Part shown: positions 26,521 through 40,783 of the stretch, one piece after another
Layout of the letters: each line of letters opens with the position of its first letter
How positions within the stretch are numbered: position 1 is the stretch's first letter
Assembly: GCF_006345805.1 (NCBI RefSeq)
Contig: NC_042998.1
Location: 52,824,001-52,888,000 of the forward strand
Length of the DNA stretch: 64,000 nucleotides
Direction of reading: 5' to 3'
From: Octopus sinensis
Taxonomy: Eukaryota
Program-made: the position numbers and the translations under genes
Notes under the pieces: model-generated
Told to the model about the DNA's origin: nothing
Database searches by the model: none
What the model saw: only the letters and a program-made list of their open reading frames with translations

Positions 26521-27796
26521 ACAGAAAATGGCACTTTTTGGAAGAAATAGAAGAAACTAAGAGATTATTGCATAAAAAGCAAATACTGAGAAGGTTGAAT
26601 TTAGCTTGCTCTCAGAATACAAATCATACAATTATTAAAGAATGAATAAAGAGGCATGGAAAAAGCAAATGTAAAATTAGAATGATAGTGAATTGCTTAA
26701 AGAACCAGTTATATTGGAATCTAAATTTAACAATAGAAATCAAAGCTGATGTTCCCTTCATGGTAATTGTTTTAGCAAAGACACTGTTTAGCTGAAACAA
26801 GTAGTGATGATGAACCAATGGGGTCCCCTCTACAGTGGTTTGAACTTATAATTTCTGCATGAAAATATGGCATTTCTTTTCCAGATGATGATTACATTCT
26901 TTCAGCATCTCTAGTATAACTTTGTCTGATATGAATGAAAGATAGAATTTGTATATGATTGTTTTGTCTGCAAGACATAACAGTGAAACCGGCCTGAAAT
27001 CACACCTTATAAAAAAAGAGAGCAATATATTGGAAAAAAACAGTGTTGGGTACAACAACAACTACAATCGTGAAACTGTGTGGAAGCCCATCATACATGA
27101 GGAGGTGCTGAAAAGTTCCTGTCTTTAAGGCTATTGCAAAAAGCCTGATTCGAGGCCTAACCTTCCGAATTGTTTTACAGGGCTTAAAAAACTTAAGGAC
27201 TACTGCAATAAGTGTGTGAATCTGAGAGGGGAATATGTTAAATAAAATCATAATTAGCTGATCTTTCTGTATTTTCTTTTACCCAAAACCAAGAACTTTT
27301 CAGTACCCCCTTGTGTATGGGTGTGTGTGTATGTGGTTCTCCTCTTTGCTATGTGGCAACCAGTATTGATTTATTTCCCTTCCCATAACTTATTGTAATC
27401 GTAGTTGTTGTCCCCATTGCCATTCTTTTATATCCACTTTCCATACTGGCATGGTTTAGATGAGCCATCATAATCTAAAGCAATTCATATTCAGAGTCAG
27501 TGCCCTCATAGATGGGTTGGAGGACTACATCTTATCATACATTTAATTTTTGGCATGGCTTCTACTGCTGGATGCCCTATGTAATGCAAACTAATTTACA
27601 GTGTATACTGGGTACATATTATCATCATACCAGCACTGTGTCTAAAAACAAAAGACTAGTTTATTATGGTTGGTATGTCTTAGATCATGCATCTGCTTGT
27701 TCAGGTTTCACCAGGGGTTTAAAAATAGCAACACTTTTGCCACTCTAATATTTTTGACCTTCTCTTTCAGAAACCAGATATATTTTGATAAAGCAG

Positions 27797-27912
27797 CCCA
27801 AACCTTCTTAAATATATTTTAGAATGTGCTAATTTGTTTTACATGCCTTCTAAGACAGTGTGCTTTGCAAATTACGAGGAATTAGGTTCAGTACTATTGC
27901 ATGTTATCAAAG
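27797..27912 (+). CDS. Candidate exon with GC donor (PNLLKYILECANLFYMPSKTVCFANYEELGSVLLHVIK)
   Basis: Open frame ending AAG|GCAAGT, the GC-AG donor consensus. Alternative acceptors at 27771 (strongest tract), 27797 and 27855. Confidence 0.35.
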
Positions 27913-29097
27913 GCAAGTAACTCTTATCATAGCCTCAGATCAATTCAATCCTTCTAATACTGCCTGAGGATTATGTTAATGGAATACTCAGCAACATATA
28001 TATTTATACAAAGGGTTGGTTGCTCAGTTCAATGAAAAACTGAAAGATCCATTTACTTTTTACACAAATCCTTTTACTAATATTATTTGTAGTTGCTGTT
28101 GCTGTCAAGCCCCAGGTCATCCCTGAATGAGTAGACTAATGATCAAAGATAAAAACTGGTACTCTGTTGGTTATGACGATGAGCATCCCAGTTGATCTGA
28201 ACAGCCTGCTCATGAAATTAACGTGCAGGTATCTGAGTACTCCACAGACACACGTACCTTTAATGTAGTTCTCTGGAAGATTCAGCATGACACAGAATGT
28301 GACAAAGCTGGCGCCTTGAATTACAGGTAAAACTCTTTTTTGCTAGCTAAGTGGACTGGAACAATATGAAGTAGTGTTTTGCTTAAGGACACAATGTGCA
28401 ACTGGGAATTGAACTCATGATCTTATGACTATCAGCCAAATATCCTAACCACTAAGCCATGCACCTTTACATGATCAAAGATATTCCAACCATGGCCAAC
28501 GTGTTTTTTTGTTTTCTTTTCGAAAATTGTGTATCTAAGAATACCTTATCAACATAGGGTCCCCAACTTTTTTTTTTAGAAGATAAGGTGTGATTTGAGG
28601 GAGATCTTACAGTTCTTTCTAACAGGTCAAGCAGCCATGTAGTGGCTTCTTCCTTAACAGCTTATTCTGAAGCAGCTTATATTTGAGGTGTCAAAGACAT
28701 GTAATATTTACTTGGTAAAGAAATATAACTTAATGCAAAAATGATAAGCCTTCTAAAAAGACCAAAGATAATGTGGAAATGGAATCACACAGAAACAAAA
28801 TATTGCCTCAGGAATTAGAAATTACAGGCAGACTGAGAACACAACAACGATCACCACAAGGCAACACACAATCTGTAAGAACCAATCAGAGAACAGTGCA
28901 AAGATCATTTAACAAAAATCAAAAAAAAAAAAGTCCATTAACGCTTTTACAACATCTATAGAATAACCACTTGACTGGAAGACTGCTTCTAGCAAGAAAC
29001 CATGAGCACCAAGTATGTGACGTACTGAAATTCTCAACTTGAAATATATTTCTGGTGAAAAGCATATTCCTCTCTCTCTCTCTCCTTTTCTTTCTGC

Positions 29098-29480
29098 ATA
29101 TATATATATATATATAATATATATATATATATACACACACACACACGTATATATATATATATACATATACATACATATATACGTATATATACATATATAT
29201 ACATATATAAACATATATATATATACATACATATACACACACATATATATATACATACATATACACACACATATATATATACATACATATACACACACAT
29301 ATATATACATATACATACATATATATACATACACACACATATATATATATATACATATACTTACATATATAATACATATACATATATACATACATATATA
29401 CATATATAAATACATACATGTAAATATGCACATATATATACACATATATACACACATACACACACATACATATACATACA
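29098..29480. repeat. Long compound (TA)/(CA)/(TACA) microsatellite
   Basis: About 380 bp almost entirely of A, T and C dinucleotide/tetranucleotide units; source of the spurious YI/CV ORFs. Confidence 0.95.
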
Positions 29481-30653
29481 CTCACATTCCATCATAAAAG
29501 GTGATGATAAGTTTGGCCATAAAAAGTTCTATATCAGATAATATTTAATCACAGCATAACATATATGCTATACACCCACATCATATCTGTGCGTGCATGT
29601 GTGTGTGCATGTGTATGTGTGTGTGTGTGTTAGTATGTGTGTGTGTGTTATCCAGTAGTTATTGGTGAGTGAGTATAAAGATTTTTTTTATTGGATATGC
29701 TTCTATTGGTTACAATGTTGAAAATTCTGTTATATATAGTTAAGATGATTTGATTGGATTTTTCTATTGGGTATGGTTAAGATGTTTGTGAGCACAGCTG
29801 CAACATCCCAATAAGTAAGAGCTGCATTACAATGTGGGTTGCACTTGAGCACTGAAGAGAGTCAGAAAGTTAACAGATTTGAAGTATTTTTGGTTTCTGA
29901 AGAGGAATCTTAATCATTGATATACTGATGTAGCACCGTTTTATATGAGAGGTCACCAGGAGAAATCATCAGATATTGCAAGTTCTAGTAACTTTGGAAA
30001 CTTTATTTGTTTGTTGTTCAAGCAAAGGTTGTTTCCTTCATTTATATAGTAATTGTGTTGCTGAAGGAGAGCTTTATTTGTTACGTCTCCTTTGAAGGAT
30101 GCTTTGGTAATCTTTATTCATGAGTGAATTATATGCCTGTTAAGAAGAACTTTGGTTGCAAGTGGATGACAATATGTATTGAAGGTTAAGGAAAACTCAA
30201 AGCTGGTACCACCTGCATTGCGAATGTATATAGTTAGAAGTAACTATAAAGTAGGTCATTAACCATTTTGTTGATATATTTCTGTTGAAATACATTATCT
30301 TCATTTGCATGAATTTTAAAAATATTGCAGAATTTAGTAAAATAATTTTGTCATTATCAAGCTTTGTTTAGAACATAAATTAACATGGAAATTTGATGGG
30401 AAGTTTTAATTTAGATAACTTTAAAATGGAATTTGTATCATAGAAGCAAGAGTGGTTTTGGGCAGTTTGGTAACAAAAGAGGTAATATAGTGAAGAATTT
30501 AGATGAAATCATTAACATATGTAAAGAGCTGAGAAAAGTAAAATAAATGATTGCTGAACTGCTAAGTTACAGGATGTAAACAAACCAATACAAGGTACCA
30601 AGTAGTGGTGGGGGACAAACACAGACACAAAGACACTCACACACACACACACA

Positions 30654-30684
<31 letters not shown>

Positions 30685-33600
30685 AACACAAACACACATG
30701 TATGATGGGCTTCTTTCAGTTTCCATCTACCAAATCCACTCACAAAGCTTTGGTTGGCCAAAGGCTATAGTATAAGACATTTGTCCAAGGTACCACACAG
30801 TGGGACTGAACCTGGAACAATGTAACTGGAAAGCAAACTAATATGGTAGGTATGAGGAGCCAAACCTGGCCAGTTTGAAAATAAAATTGGTTGAGTATTT
30901 GGGCTGGATATGGCTGGTTAAAGAGTTAAAGATGAAGTATCTGTGTAACCAGAAGCAGGATAATCAAATATTTAAGTATTTAAGTTTTTCAAATGTTTAT
31001 AGTACTAAGCACAGCTTCTCCCATGACCAGGTTGCCTATGATAAACTAGAGTCCTATTGGAAGGTGATTAGTTTCTCATCTGTTTAATGATGTTGTCAAT
31101 GGAATTATACACAAGCTCAGTGAACTTTGGTTGCTTCAACTTTTTATTTAGTACATGTACTTTTATCACTCAATATTTGAAAGAGAAAGAAAAGACTTCA
31201 GTAGCCTTATCTCTCTTAATAAATAGATTTTCTATGGCCACTGTGATAATGATGATGATGTTATTGTTCAAATTAGCATTGATCAAGCTCATCTTTTATC
31301 AATGATCTGTGACCAAAAGCATACAAAGACATGGCAATACTAACTTTTTCTTCAGAAATACTATGCATAGTGTTCGTTAAGACAATAGGTAGTTTTGGGG
31401 GAATGCCAGCAGATTTGGCTGTTATTTCTAGATTTCTAGCAAGCTGAGTGATTATAAAGAGATTATTTTGCTGATGATGATGGTGATGATGACAATGATG
31501 GTGGTGATGAGGACAAGGATAAAAGATGGTTTTAGTTCATAGCTAAATTGAATTCTAGCACATTTTTATACATTCTAATCCAAATATAGTCACATTAAAT
31601 TCAACACAAAGATATCCATGAATATTTTATTTTATCATGAATCTCGTTTTTATCCAGCCTATGGCATAGAGATAACATTATCTATGTTAGTAATGATGAT
31701 GCAATGTGAGAAGATACATTCAGGGTTCACATTTATTGTGATATAAATAACACAAGGTACATTAAGATTGGTAGCAGGATATCATAAAAATAAACCCTGG
31801 TATATAATTAACATTAAGGAGAAGAAGCCTTCTGATCTTTCTACACTAAACAAGGTGAAAATCATGTTTTGTTTTTTACAAGACACAAAGAGAAAAAGAG
31901 TGTTGCTTTTTAAAAAACTTCTGTTAAAAAACTTCTGACTCTCAATAGACAAACAAAAATATCTTCATACCTATTCAAGCACAATGCTATCTCAAATGTA
32001 GCAGGACACCAGCTATATGTATAAGGATACATATACATTACACGGTGTAACAACAGTCTTTTTTTTATTTATCTTTGGTCAGTAAGTGTTATTTCTTCTT
32101 TGCTTCTTTCTAGAAATCAAATGAAATGACTACTATTCCCTTCAAACGTTGCTTTTGTTACCTGGATATAAATGTTTTGAAACTGACCTATTTTCCATTA
32201 CATTTCAGACAGATTCAACAATAGCAAATAAGTAGTAGTGGGGGGGACATCAAAGCCATGTATTTAGAGGAGTTTTTTGATTTAAATGTAATAAAAGCAA
32301 ATTTTGAAGGAAATAGCCATTTTCCATATTTTCTAGAGTTAAGTAAATAGGGAATAGCTGTTGTTATCCAAGGACAAAAATCGTGTTACACAATGTTATA
32401 TGTATCCTCTTATGAAATGCAACCCTTACAGACATAATTATATTTTTTAAGAAACCACAGTGATATTGCAATAAGTTTTTTAAACATGTGGTAGATTTTC
32501 ATTGTTTAACAACAAGGATTCAGTTATTCAATCGACTGAATTACTTGCTCCTGATTTAACATGTAAATGACTGAACATTCCACAGACGGCTGCAAGCATG
32601 GCTGTGTTGTAAGAGGTTTGCTTCTTGACCACATGGTTCTGGGCTTGGTCCTACTGTGTGTCACCTTGGGAAAGTATGTTCTACTATTGCCCCAGGTCAT
32701 CTGAAGCCTTGTGAGTAGATTTGTTAGCCAGAAATATGTATGTTTGTATCCATGTATCTATATATGTCTTTATGTTTTTCCCTCACTACTGCTTGACAAC
32801 CAGAGGTGGTTTGTTTACAGCCCCATAAATTAGCAGTTTGACCCATAGAATAAGTACCTGGCTTTAAATACAATAAGCACAGGGGATTAATTTGTTTGAT
32901 TAAGCCATTCAAGGCTGCAGTCCAATGACTGAAACATGTATAAGATAAAATATCTGTGTACCCTTAAAGTAAATCTCAGTCAGAATCAGGACAACACGGC
33001 CTGTAGCAAGACCTCACCTTTTGAGTCACAGATACAATTAATCTCATCAGATAGATGAGATACACTTTTTATACACTTTCCATCTACCCAATTTCACATC
33101 CAAGCCATGGGTCAACCTGAAGCTATAGGAAATGGCCTTTTCATCTTAAGCTGCCAGTCAGAGAGATCTAACTGGGATCTCATCATTGTAAGGTAAACTC
33201 CTTAATTATTCAGCCATGTCACTGTCACTCTGTCAGTTATGACGATGATGATTCTAGTTGATCCAATCAATGGAACAGCTTGCTTGTGAAATTAACATGT
33301 AAGTGGCTGAACACTCCTCAGACATGTGTACCTTTAATGTTGTTCTTAAGGAGATTCTGTGTGACATGGAATGTGACAAGTCTGGCCCTTTTAAATATAG
33401 GTAGTACTCATTTTTGCCAGCTGAGTGGACTGGAGCAATGTGAAATAAAGTGTCTTGCTCAAGGACACAAGGCATTGCCAGAAATTGAACTCACAACTTT
33501 ATGACTGTAAGCCAAATACCCTAACCACTAAGTCAGCTATACTGCACCCATCAAAAATGTTCAAGGGGGGGGGGTGTACTGAAACGTTCCTGGCTTTGGT

Positions 33601-35039
33601 TAATAGAAAATACAGGAGGATCAGTTCATTATGATTTTATTCAACATATTCCTCTTTCATATTCACATGCTTATTGCAGTGGTTCTTCAGTTTTTCTAAG
33701 CCTGTAAAAGAATTTGGAAGGTTGGGCCTCCAATCAGACCTTTTGCGATACCCTTAAGGCCAGGAACTTTTCAGCACCCCCTTGTGTAATACATAAACTA
33801 GAACTTGTATACTAAAGCTAGCATGATTTTAGTTTTTTAAAATCGTAATCTTTAAATTAGATAATCATCCTTAAACCATACAGAATTTAACCCTGCACCA
33901 ACCACCAGGATGCTAACAGGATTAAGTCTTTTGCTATCTTCATGATACATGTAAAAAGGTAAAGACCCACAGAAAGTTCTCCTCTGGAGCACAAATCTGG
34001 GCAATGCTGTTTCTGGAAGACCAGCAGGTTAGTCTCCTCTCTCCATCCTACCAGTGCTATCCAAGGGAAAGGCAAAGGACAATACAGCCTGGCAATGGTA
34101 ACTTTGCAACTCATTTCTACAGCTGAGTGAACTGGAGCAATGTGAAATAGAGTGTCTTGCTCAAGAACACAACACACAACCTGCTCCGGGAATCAAACTC
34201 ACTACCTATAAGCCTGACACTCAAACCACTGAGCCATGTGCCTTCATTGATACATATAGAGATTTGTATAAACTAGTCCTTAAATATCTTGGGGCTATGT
34301 CTTCAGTATTTTCGTATGCTTTGGTTTGTTTTTATGTTTAGTATTTTTTATATTTCAATATAATAAAAAAGAAATAGAAATGATTACATGGCTGTGTGGT
34401 TAAGAAGCTCCCTTTGCAACCTTGCAGTTCTGGGCTCAGTCTCACTGCACAGCACCTTGAGCAAGTATCTACTATAGTTGCAGGCTGACCAATAACTGGT
34501 AAGTGAATTTTGTTGATGGAAACTGAATGGAAATCCATCATATGTGTGTTTGTGTTTGTCCTGCACCACCACTTGACAACTGGTGTTAGTTTGTTTACAT
34601 CCACATAGCTTAGTAGTCTGGCAAAAGAGGTCGATAGAATAAGTACCAGGCTTAAAAAATAAGTACTAGAGTTGATTTGTTTGGGTAAACTCTTCATGGC
34701 GGTGCCCCAGCAAGGCTGCAGTTCAATGAATGAAACAAGTTAAAAGATAAAAGATAATTTATTCATAATTGAATTAAACAGGGGATGTAGAATTATCTGG
34801 GTAGAAAAAAAAATTTGCTTGTGATTTTTCTTTAAATTAAATTTTTCATATTACACACAAGTAAAAAAAAAAAAGTATATTCCAGAAAAGATTGGTTGTT
34901 TCTTCTTTCTAACACAAAAATGGCAAGCTGATAGATCAACTAAGTCATCTTATAAAAGATAATCATTTTCTGGTATAACAGCTTTTGTTACTAATTGCAT
35001 TACATTATGTAGAGTGGCTGAATAGGATATCAAAACTAA

Positions 35040-35200
35040 ATTTATATTCTCTAAAACAATACTTAAGTGATTCAAAACTGAATACATAATAAAAGTGAAT
35101 AATATTCTCTAAAACAAAGACTTAAGTAATTCAAAACTGGAAGATAACAAGAATGAATAATGTTCTCTGTAACATTGACTTAAGTGATTCATAACTGGAA
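35040..35200. repeat. 58-bp minisatellite, three diverged units
   Basis: The (a/g)ttctct...acttaagt.attca.aactg motif recurs at 35046, 35104 and 35162. Confidence 0.8.
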
Positions 35201-35676
35201 GTCTTCTAAATATCTTTATAAATCCATTCATATGGAAATTTATAATATAATGTAAATATTTTTTTGACAATAACTATTTTGGTTAATTATCTTATGAGGA
35301 ATAAAAACAATTCCATCTTCCTTCTCTTTCTCCTTCTCTGCCTTGTCTTTTACAGACAGGCAACTCTAGATGTTACAAGCCAACAAACAACGACAAATAC
35401 AAAATGTCTGCCTCACACTCGTTATTACAATGAAGTTATTCTCTTTCTAGAAACAGTTCCAGGCTTCCATAAAATTTTGTGTTGCTGCCATTTTTAACAA
35501 ACACTAAATTTGCCTGTCAAATAATTAAAATAATTAGATCTTCAGATGTTGTAGTCTCAACTGCTCTTCATCTCAACAAGATTAACTTTAAAGCAAAATA
35601 CCCATTTGTCAGAAAGCTGTTTCATGACTGTTCATCACTGTCACTTTTCACTGAGTTTGTTTCAAAATTTTTATGA

Positions 35677-36121
35677 ACCTAAGCTGTACCATATTTCTGC
35701 AGGAATACACATCCCTTGTTTCAATTCATTTTGAAAACAAAGAAATATTTTGCAAAACAACTTTGCCATTATTAATTTGGTGTTTGGAACATAAAATGAC
35801 ATAAAATTTTGATAAAAAGTTTAAATTTAGATCACTTTAACCATTTAGCATTTAAACAGGCTATATCGGGCCCAAATAATCTCTACCTGTTTTATGTTTA
35901 AACTAGCCAGATCCTGGCTCTCACAAATACCCCATGATGTCAGGGTTTGAATGTACAATCATATAATTAAAATCTCGAAATGATAATGCGTGATTAATTC
36001 AAAGCAATGTGAATAAGCAAGCATTATATTTGACAGAGTAATCTGAATGCTAAAGGGTTAAAACAGAGTTTCTATCATAGAACCAGGGTTGTGGTTTTAG
36101 GTGGGTTGTTATCAAAAGGGG
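35677..36121. mobile_element. Nested TTAA-target MITEs; inner element 35841-36057
   Basis: Inner CCATTTAGCATT ... AATGCTAAAGGG flanked by TTAA at 35837-35840 and 36058-36061. Outer element is homologous to the copy at about 30258-30485. Confidence 0.75.
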
Positions 36122-36249
36122 TTAACTGCATTCTAGATGGTCATATGAATAACAAAAAAAGACCCAGCTGATCTTTACTTACTTTAATCTACTATTTACT
36201 AAAAGCATATGTATTGTTCTATTAGTCTATCTCATACACCATTTCTGCA

Positions 36250-36815
36250 AAAACACAGAAATCATGGTTCAGCAATTTCACCATTGTTACTTGATGCCTT
36301 TTGCTTGCTACTAACACACTTCTGTACTTTTTAGTACTGCACATCTATATGAAAAGCTCTCTCAAGATGAATACTTCAGTTTACTGGCTTTCTATAGTAT
36401 ATCCATGTTAAGTAAGATATACAGAATGCTATTTTGAACCTTTACTGCTTTCGTCATATATAACAAATTTTTACTCAGCTTACCAGCTATTTACAACACA
36501 AGTGATTTGTTAATCATTCTTTTTGTATATCAGTAAAAGCAAAATTTGTCTATGCATGCAGTCAATAGTAGATACTTACTACTGATGATATGCTAAGACA
36601 CAGAAATCCTGATTAGCAACTTCACCACCACTACTAGATGCTTCTTTTATCAGCTACTGATATATTACTGTGCTTTTTAGCACTATACGTCTATATGAGA
36701 AGCACTCTAAACATGAATACTACAGTCTTGTGACTTTCTAAATAAATGTATATCCATGTTAGGAAAAACGTAGAGAATACTGTTCTGAACCAATGCTGCT
36801 TCCATTGCTAATAAC
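36250..36815. repeat. Old tandem duplication, period about 345 bp
   Basis: ACACAGAAATC at 36253 and 36598, followed by about 220 bp of collinear diverged sequence. Confidence 0.8.
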
Positions 36816-37192
36816 GGATCATTTTTTAAATTTTTATTCTATTTTTTTTAACGTCCATTTTCCCATGCTTGTTTGGTTTGGATAGGAATTGATTTTAAGG
36901 CTAGATGCTTCCTGTAATGAAGTCTTGCCTATTTTTTCAGGTAAGGGAGTTTTATATTTATATTGCACAGATCTTCAAAAGCACAGATTGACTGTTCATA
37001 ACACCGTCAACAAGGAGTGTCAACTTCAGCATCACTTTGCTCACGAGGTGAAACAAAATGTCAACTTTCAAACATGCTCTTACATGTGAGTGCACACATA
37101 TAAATACAAAGGGAGAGAGAGATGTATACACACATATGTATATCTCTGTATGTATGTGTGTGTGTGTGGGTATATATATATATATATATATA

Positions 37193-38177
37193 CAGGGTGT
37201 TCAGAAGTCACAGATGGGTGTTAAAGTTTAATTAATTTGTTTTAATTATATTTTTTATTTGTAATTCACAAAATGTGACTTTTCACTCCTAATGTACAAT
37301 ATTTACTGTATATATATCATCATCATATTATGCTGCATGGGTTGGACGGTCAAATGGGGTCTGGGGAGCCCGAAACTGCACCAGTCCAGTAGATGGCAGT
37401 GTTTCTACAGCTGGATGCCCTCCTAACGCCAACCACTCCGAGAGTGTAGTGGGTGATTTATGTGACACAGGTGCCAGACGATGGCAAACGGCCACGCTAT
37501 GGTGTTTTTATGTGCCACCGACACAGGTGCCAGACGAGGCTCACGCTCGGATGGTGTTTTTTATGTGCCACCGACACAGGTGCCAGACGAGGCTGGCACG
37601 GCCACGCTCGGATGTTGTTTTATGTCGACACATACGAGGCTGGCAGACGGCCACGCTCGGATGGTGTTTTTATGTGCCACCTACAGGTCAGATGAGGCTG
37701 GCAAACGGCCACGATCGGATGGTGCTTGTTACGTGCCCACAGCACGGAGGCCAGTCGATCGGTACTGGCTACGGCCACGTTCGGATGGTTTTCTTATGCC
37801 ACGTGCCACCATGGTACCACAAAGATACAAATTCCATGATGTTCATCTATTTGTATATTTTGATTTGATTGATATATATATATATATATATATTTACATA
37901 TATATATATCGTGAAATATATTTGCCACCTAAATGTGGCAGACCCATAGGGGACGATGCTACTGTTGTTTATAGCCCCAGGGAGACATCTCCTCCAACTG
38001 GTTAATGACACACTCTCTGTGTCCAATTAGTATTTTCGAAGGCAAATCATCATTCTCATTGTCTGAAGATTTATTATTGCTATATATATATATATACTGT
38101 ATGTGGTGCTAAGTTATTATAAATTTAAAACAGCATAAATGAATTATTAACACCTTTGTGACTTTTGAGCCACCCTG
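37193..38177. mobile_element. Tc1/mariner-like TIR-bounded non-autonomous element with nested insertions
   Basis: Left CAGGGTGTTCAGAAGTCACAGATGGGTGTTAA versus right (reverse complement) CAGGGTGGCTCAAAAGTCACAAAGGTGTTAA; left end preceded by TA. Confidence 0.6.
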
Positions 38178-40357
38178 TGTGTATGTATGTATGTATGTAT
38201 GTATGTATGTATGTATGTGTATATATATATATATACATACATATGTATGGATGTATATGTATATATCATAGAAAGAAAGAATAAATTGGCAAACAACTGC
38301 AGAAGTGCTAGAATAGAGTGTATCATGGAAATACAGGAGCAAAAACGTGTACATACATGCACATAATGGGCTTAATACAGTTTCTGTCTCAATAAATTCA
38401 CTTGAAAGGGATTGTAATGAATTTGGCCCAGGGTGATCATGGAAGACACTTGCCAAAGTGCATTGCATTGGTCATGGTTGTGGTATTTACGTTATTTACT
38501 TTAGTAACACTCTAAGAATTGCAGCTAATACTCAAGTGAGCACCAAGAAAGATAAAGGCAGCCAATAGAGAAGTGATATATTTGTGATGGGACATACTGG
38601 GAATAACATGATCTTAAACATCAAGACAACCAAAGAACTATGATTAATAATAGGAACTGGAAACATTTATTCATTTTCTCCCATAAAACAACTGGCCTGA
38701 AGTGTAAAAGGTCTTTTTATTTTATTGATAAACTCACTGTGGTTAGCTATAAATACTAGTTCCCTGGTTTAAAATTTTCAAAAGTGTTTTAGTCTGTTTG
38801 GAATTCTAAATCAAACTGCAGTTGCCTTTTTTGCTCTTTGACTTCTTGCAAAATGTAACTGAGAGGAACTAAACTTAAATTTTGCAGAATGTTATGGAAG
38901 CTGTTATATCAAGTATGCAAGAATTACTTCACTATTAGCTTTTCATGCAGAAGATGTCTCTGAGTAATTCTTTCCAGTTATTATTCTTTCAAATCAAAAT
39001 ACCACTTGGAATGATATAATACATATTATAAAATATTTTTCTAAATATAAAGTGGTGAGCTGGCAGAATCACCAACATATCAGGCAAAATACTTAGTGGC
39101 ATTTCATCTGTCTTTACTTTCTGAGTTCAAATTTTTTTCATCCTTTTGGGGTTGATAAAATAAGTACCAGTTAAGCACTGGGATTGATGTAACTGATTGT
39201 TCCCTTCCCTGAAACCGTTGCCCTTGTGCCAAAATTTGAAACCAAGGTATTCCTCAGATCCTACATATTTTTTTACTTATTCTAAGATCTAGTAGTAAAA
39301 GTTAGTCTGTCTTACTGATAAGGTTTAATATGAGAGCAAAACATGTCCAGAGCTGTCACCATATCCCTTTCAATACCAACCCATCTGAAGCCATACCTAA
39401 TACTATGAGGCATACTTCCTATTTTTAAATGATCTAAATTAACCCTCCATCAAAATTTCATATTAGTTCATGTTGCAAACTCTAGCTTAATAACAACAAA
39501 ATTATTTTACTAATTTCTTCTTTATTTTCAAAATTAAATGAATTTCAACTGTAATATGGCAACAAAAAAAAGATATACTGAAAGATTTCTTTCACTCTAT
39601 TTCAAATTTAATTAATTTTAATTAATTTAAAATTCAGCAGTTGTATCCCTTGAGTTTTACTTTTTGATCAGAATTAGTAAATTAGTTAATGACTGTTTTC
39701 ATCACTCAAGATGTAATTTTGTTTAAATATTAAAAATTTCTTGGTTTTCTATACAGAGTATTTTAGCACCCACTTTACTATTAATATTTTTCTTTGCACT
39801 AGCTATCTTAGAATAATTTTGCCCTGTCATTTTTCTAACACATATTTGATTGGAAAGAATTCCTTCAGCAATTAATATGAAATTCACAGAATATTTTTGA
39901 TAAAATATCAATATTAGGTCTTCAAATAATTTTTAATTTTGGCACAAGGCCAGCAATTTTGAGAAGAGAGGTTAGTCAATTACACTGACCCCAGTGTGGA
40001 GTCACATAGCTTAGTGGTTAAGGTGTTGGACTCATGATCGTAAGGTTGTGGTTTCGATTCTTGGACCAGGTGATGCATTGTGTTCTTGAGCAAAACACTT
40101 CATTTCATGTTGCTCCAGTCCACTCAGCTGGTAAAAATAAGTAATTCTGTGATGGGCCAGTGTTCTATCCAGGTGTGAAATAGACATAAGAAATCCAGTC
40201 CTTATGAATCAGTATGATTCAAGAAGGACACTTTAACTTTAATTGACCCCAGTACTTGAATGTTACTTTATTTTGGCAACTCTAAAAGAAAGGAAGGCAA
40301 AAAATATAAAGAACTGGAAGGAAATCCATGTGGCATTTTGCCTGATGCACTCCCAAT

Positions 40358-40783
40358 TCTTATTTCTTTATTGCCCACAAGGGGCTAAACATAGAGGGGA
40401 CAAACAAGGACAGACAAACAAAGGGATTAAGTCGATTACATCGACCCCAGTGCATAACTGGTACTCAATTTATCGACTCTGAAAGGGATGAAAGGCAAAG
40501 TCGACCTCGATGGAATTTGAACTCAGAACATAACAGCAGATGAAATACCTATTTTTTTACTACCCACAAGGGGCTAAACACAGAGGAGACAAACAAGGAC
40601 AGACAGATGGATTAAGTCGATTATATCGACCCCAGTGCGTAACTGGTAGTTAATTTATCGACCCTGAAAGGGATGAAAAGCAAATTCGACCTCGGCGGAA
40701 TTTGAACTTAGAACATAACGGCAGACGAAATACCGCTAAGCATTTTGCCCGGCATGCTAATGTTTCTGCCAGCTCACCGCCTT
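40358..40783 (-). mobile_element. Dimeric family B SINE (head plus two bodies)
   Basis: A body of about 190 bp is repeated in tandem; the same architecture occurs at 48850-49269. Confidence 0.85.

Noticed and set aside
26525-26645. Protein-like frame KWHFLEEIEETKRLLHKKQILRR
   Set aside because: No pyrimidine tract before the AG and a weak donor.
28909-29497. ORFs of 100-190 aa rich in Y/I/C/V/H/T, and many similar ones at 8.2, 9.1, 19.1, 24.7, 42.5 and 57.1 kb
   Set aside because: Dinucleotide and tetranucleotide microsatellite translations.
29690-30250. Possible decayed Penelope GIY-YIG region
   Set aside because: No intact motif recoverable in any frame.
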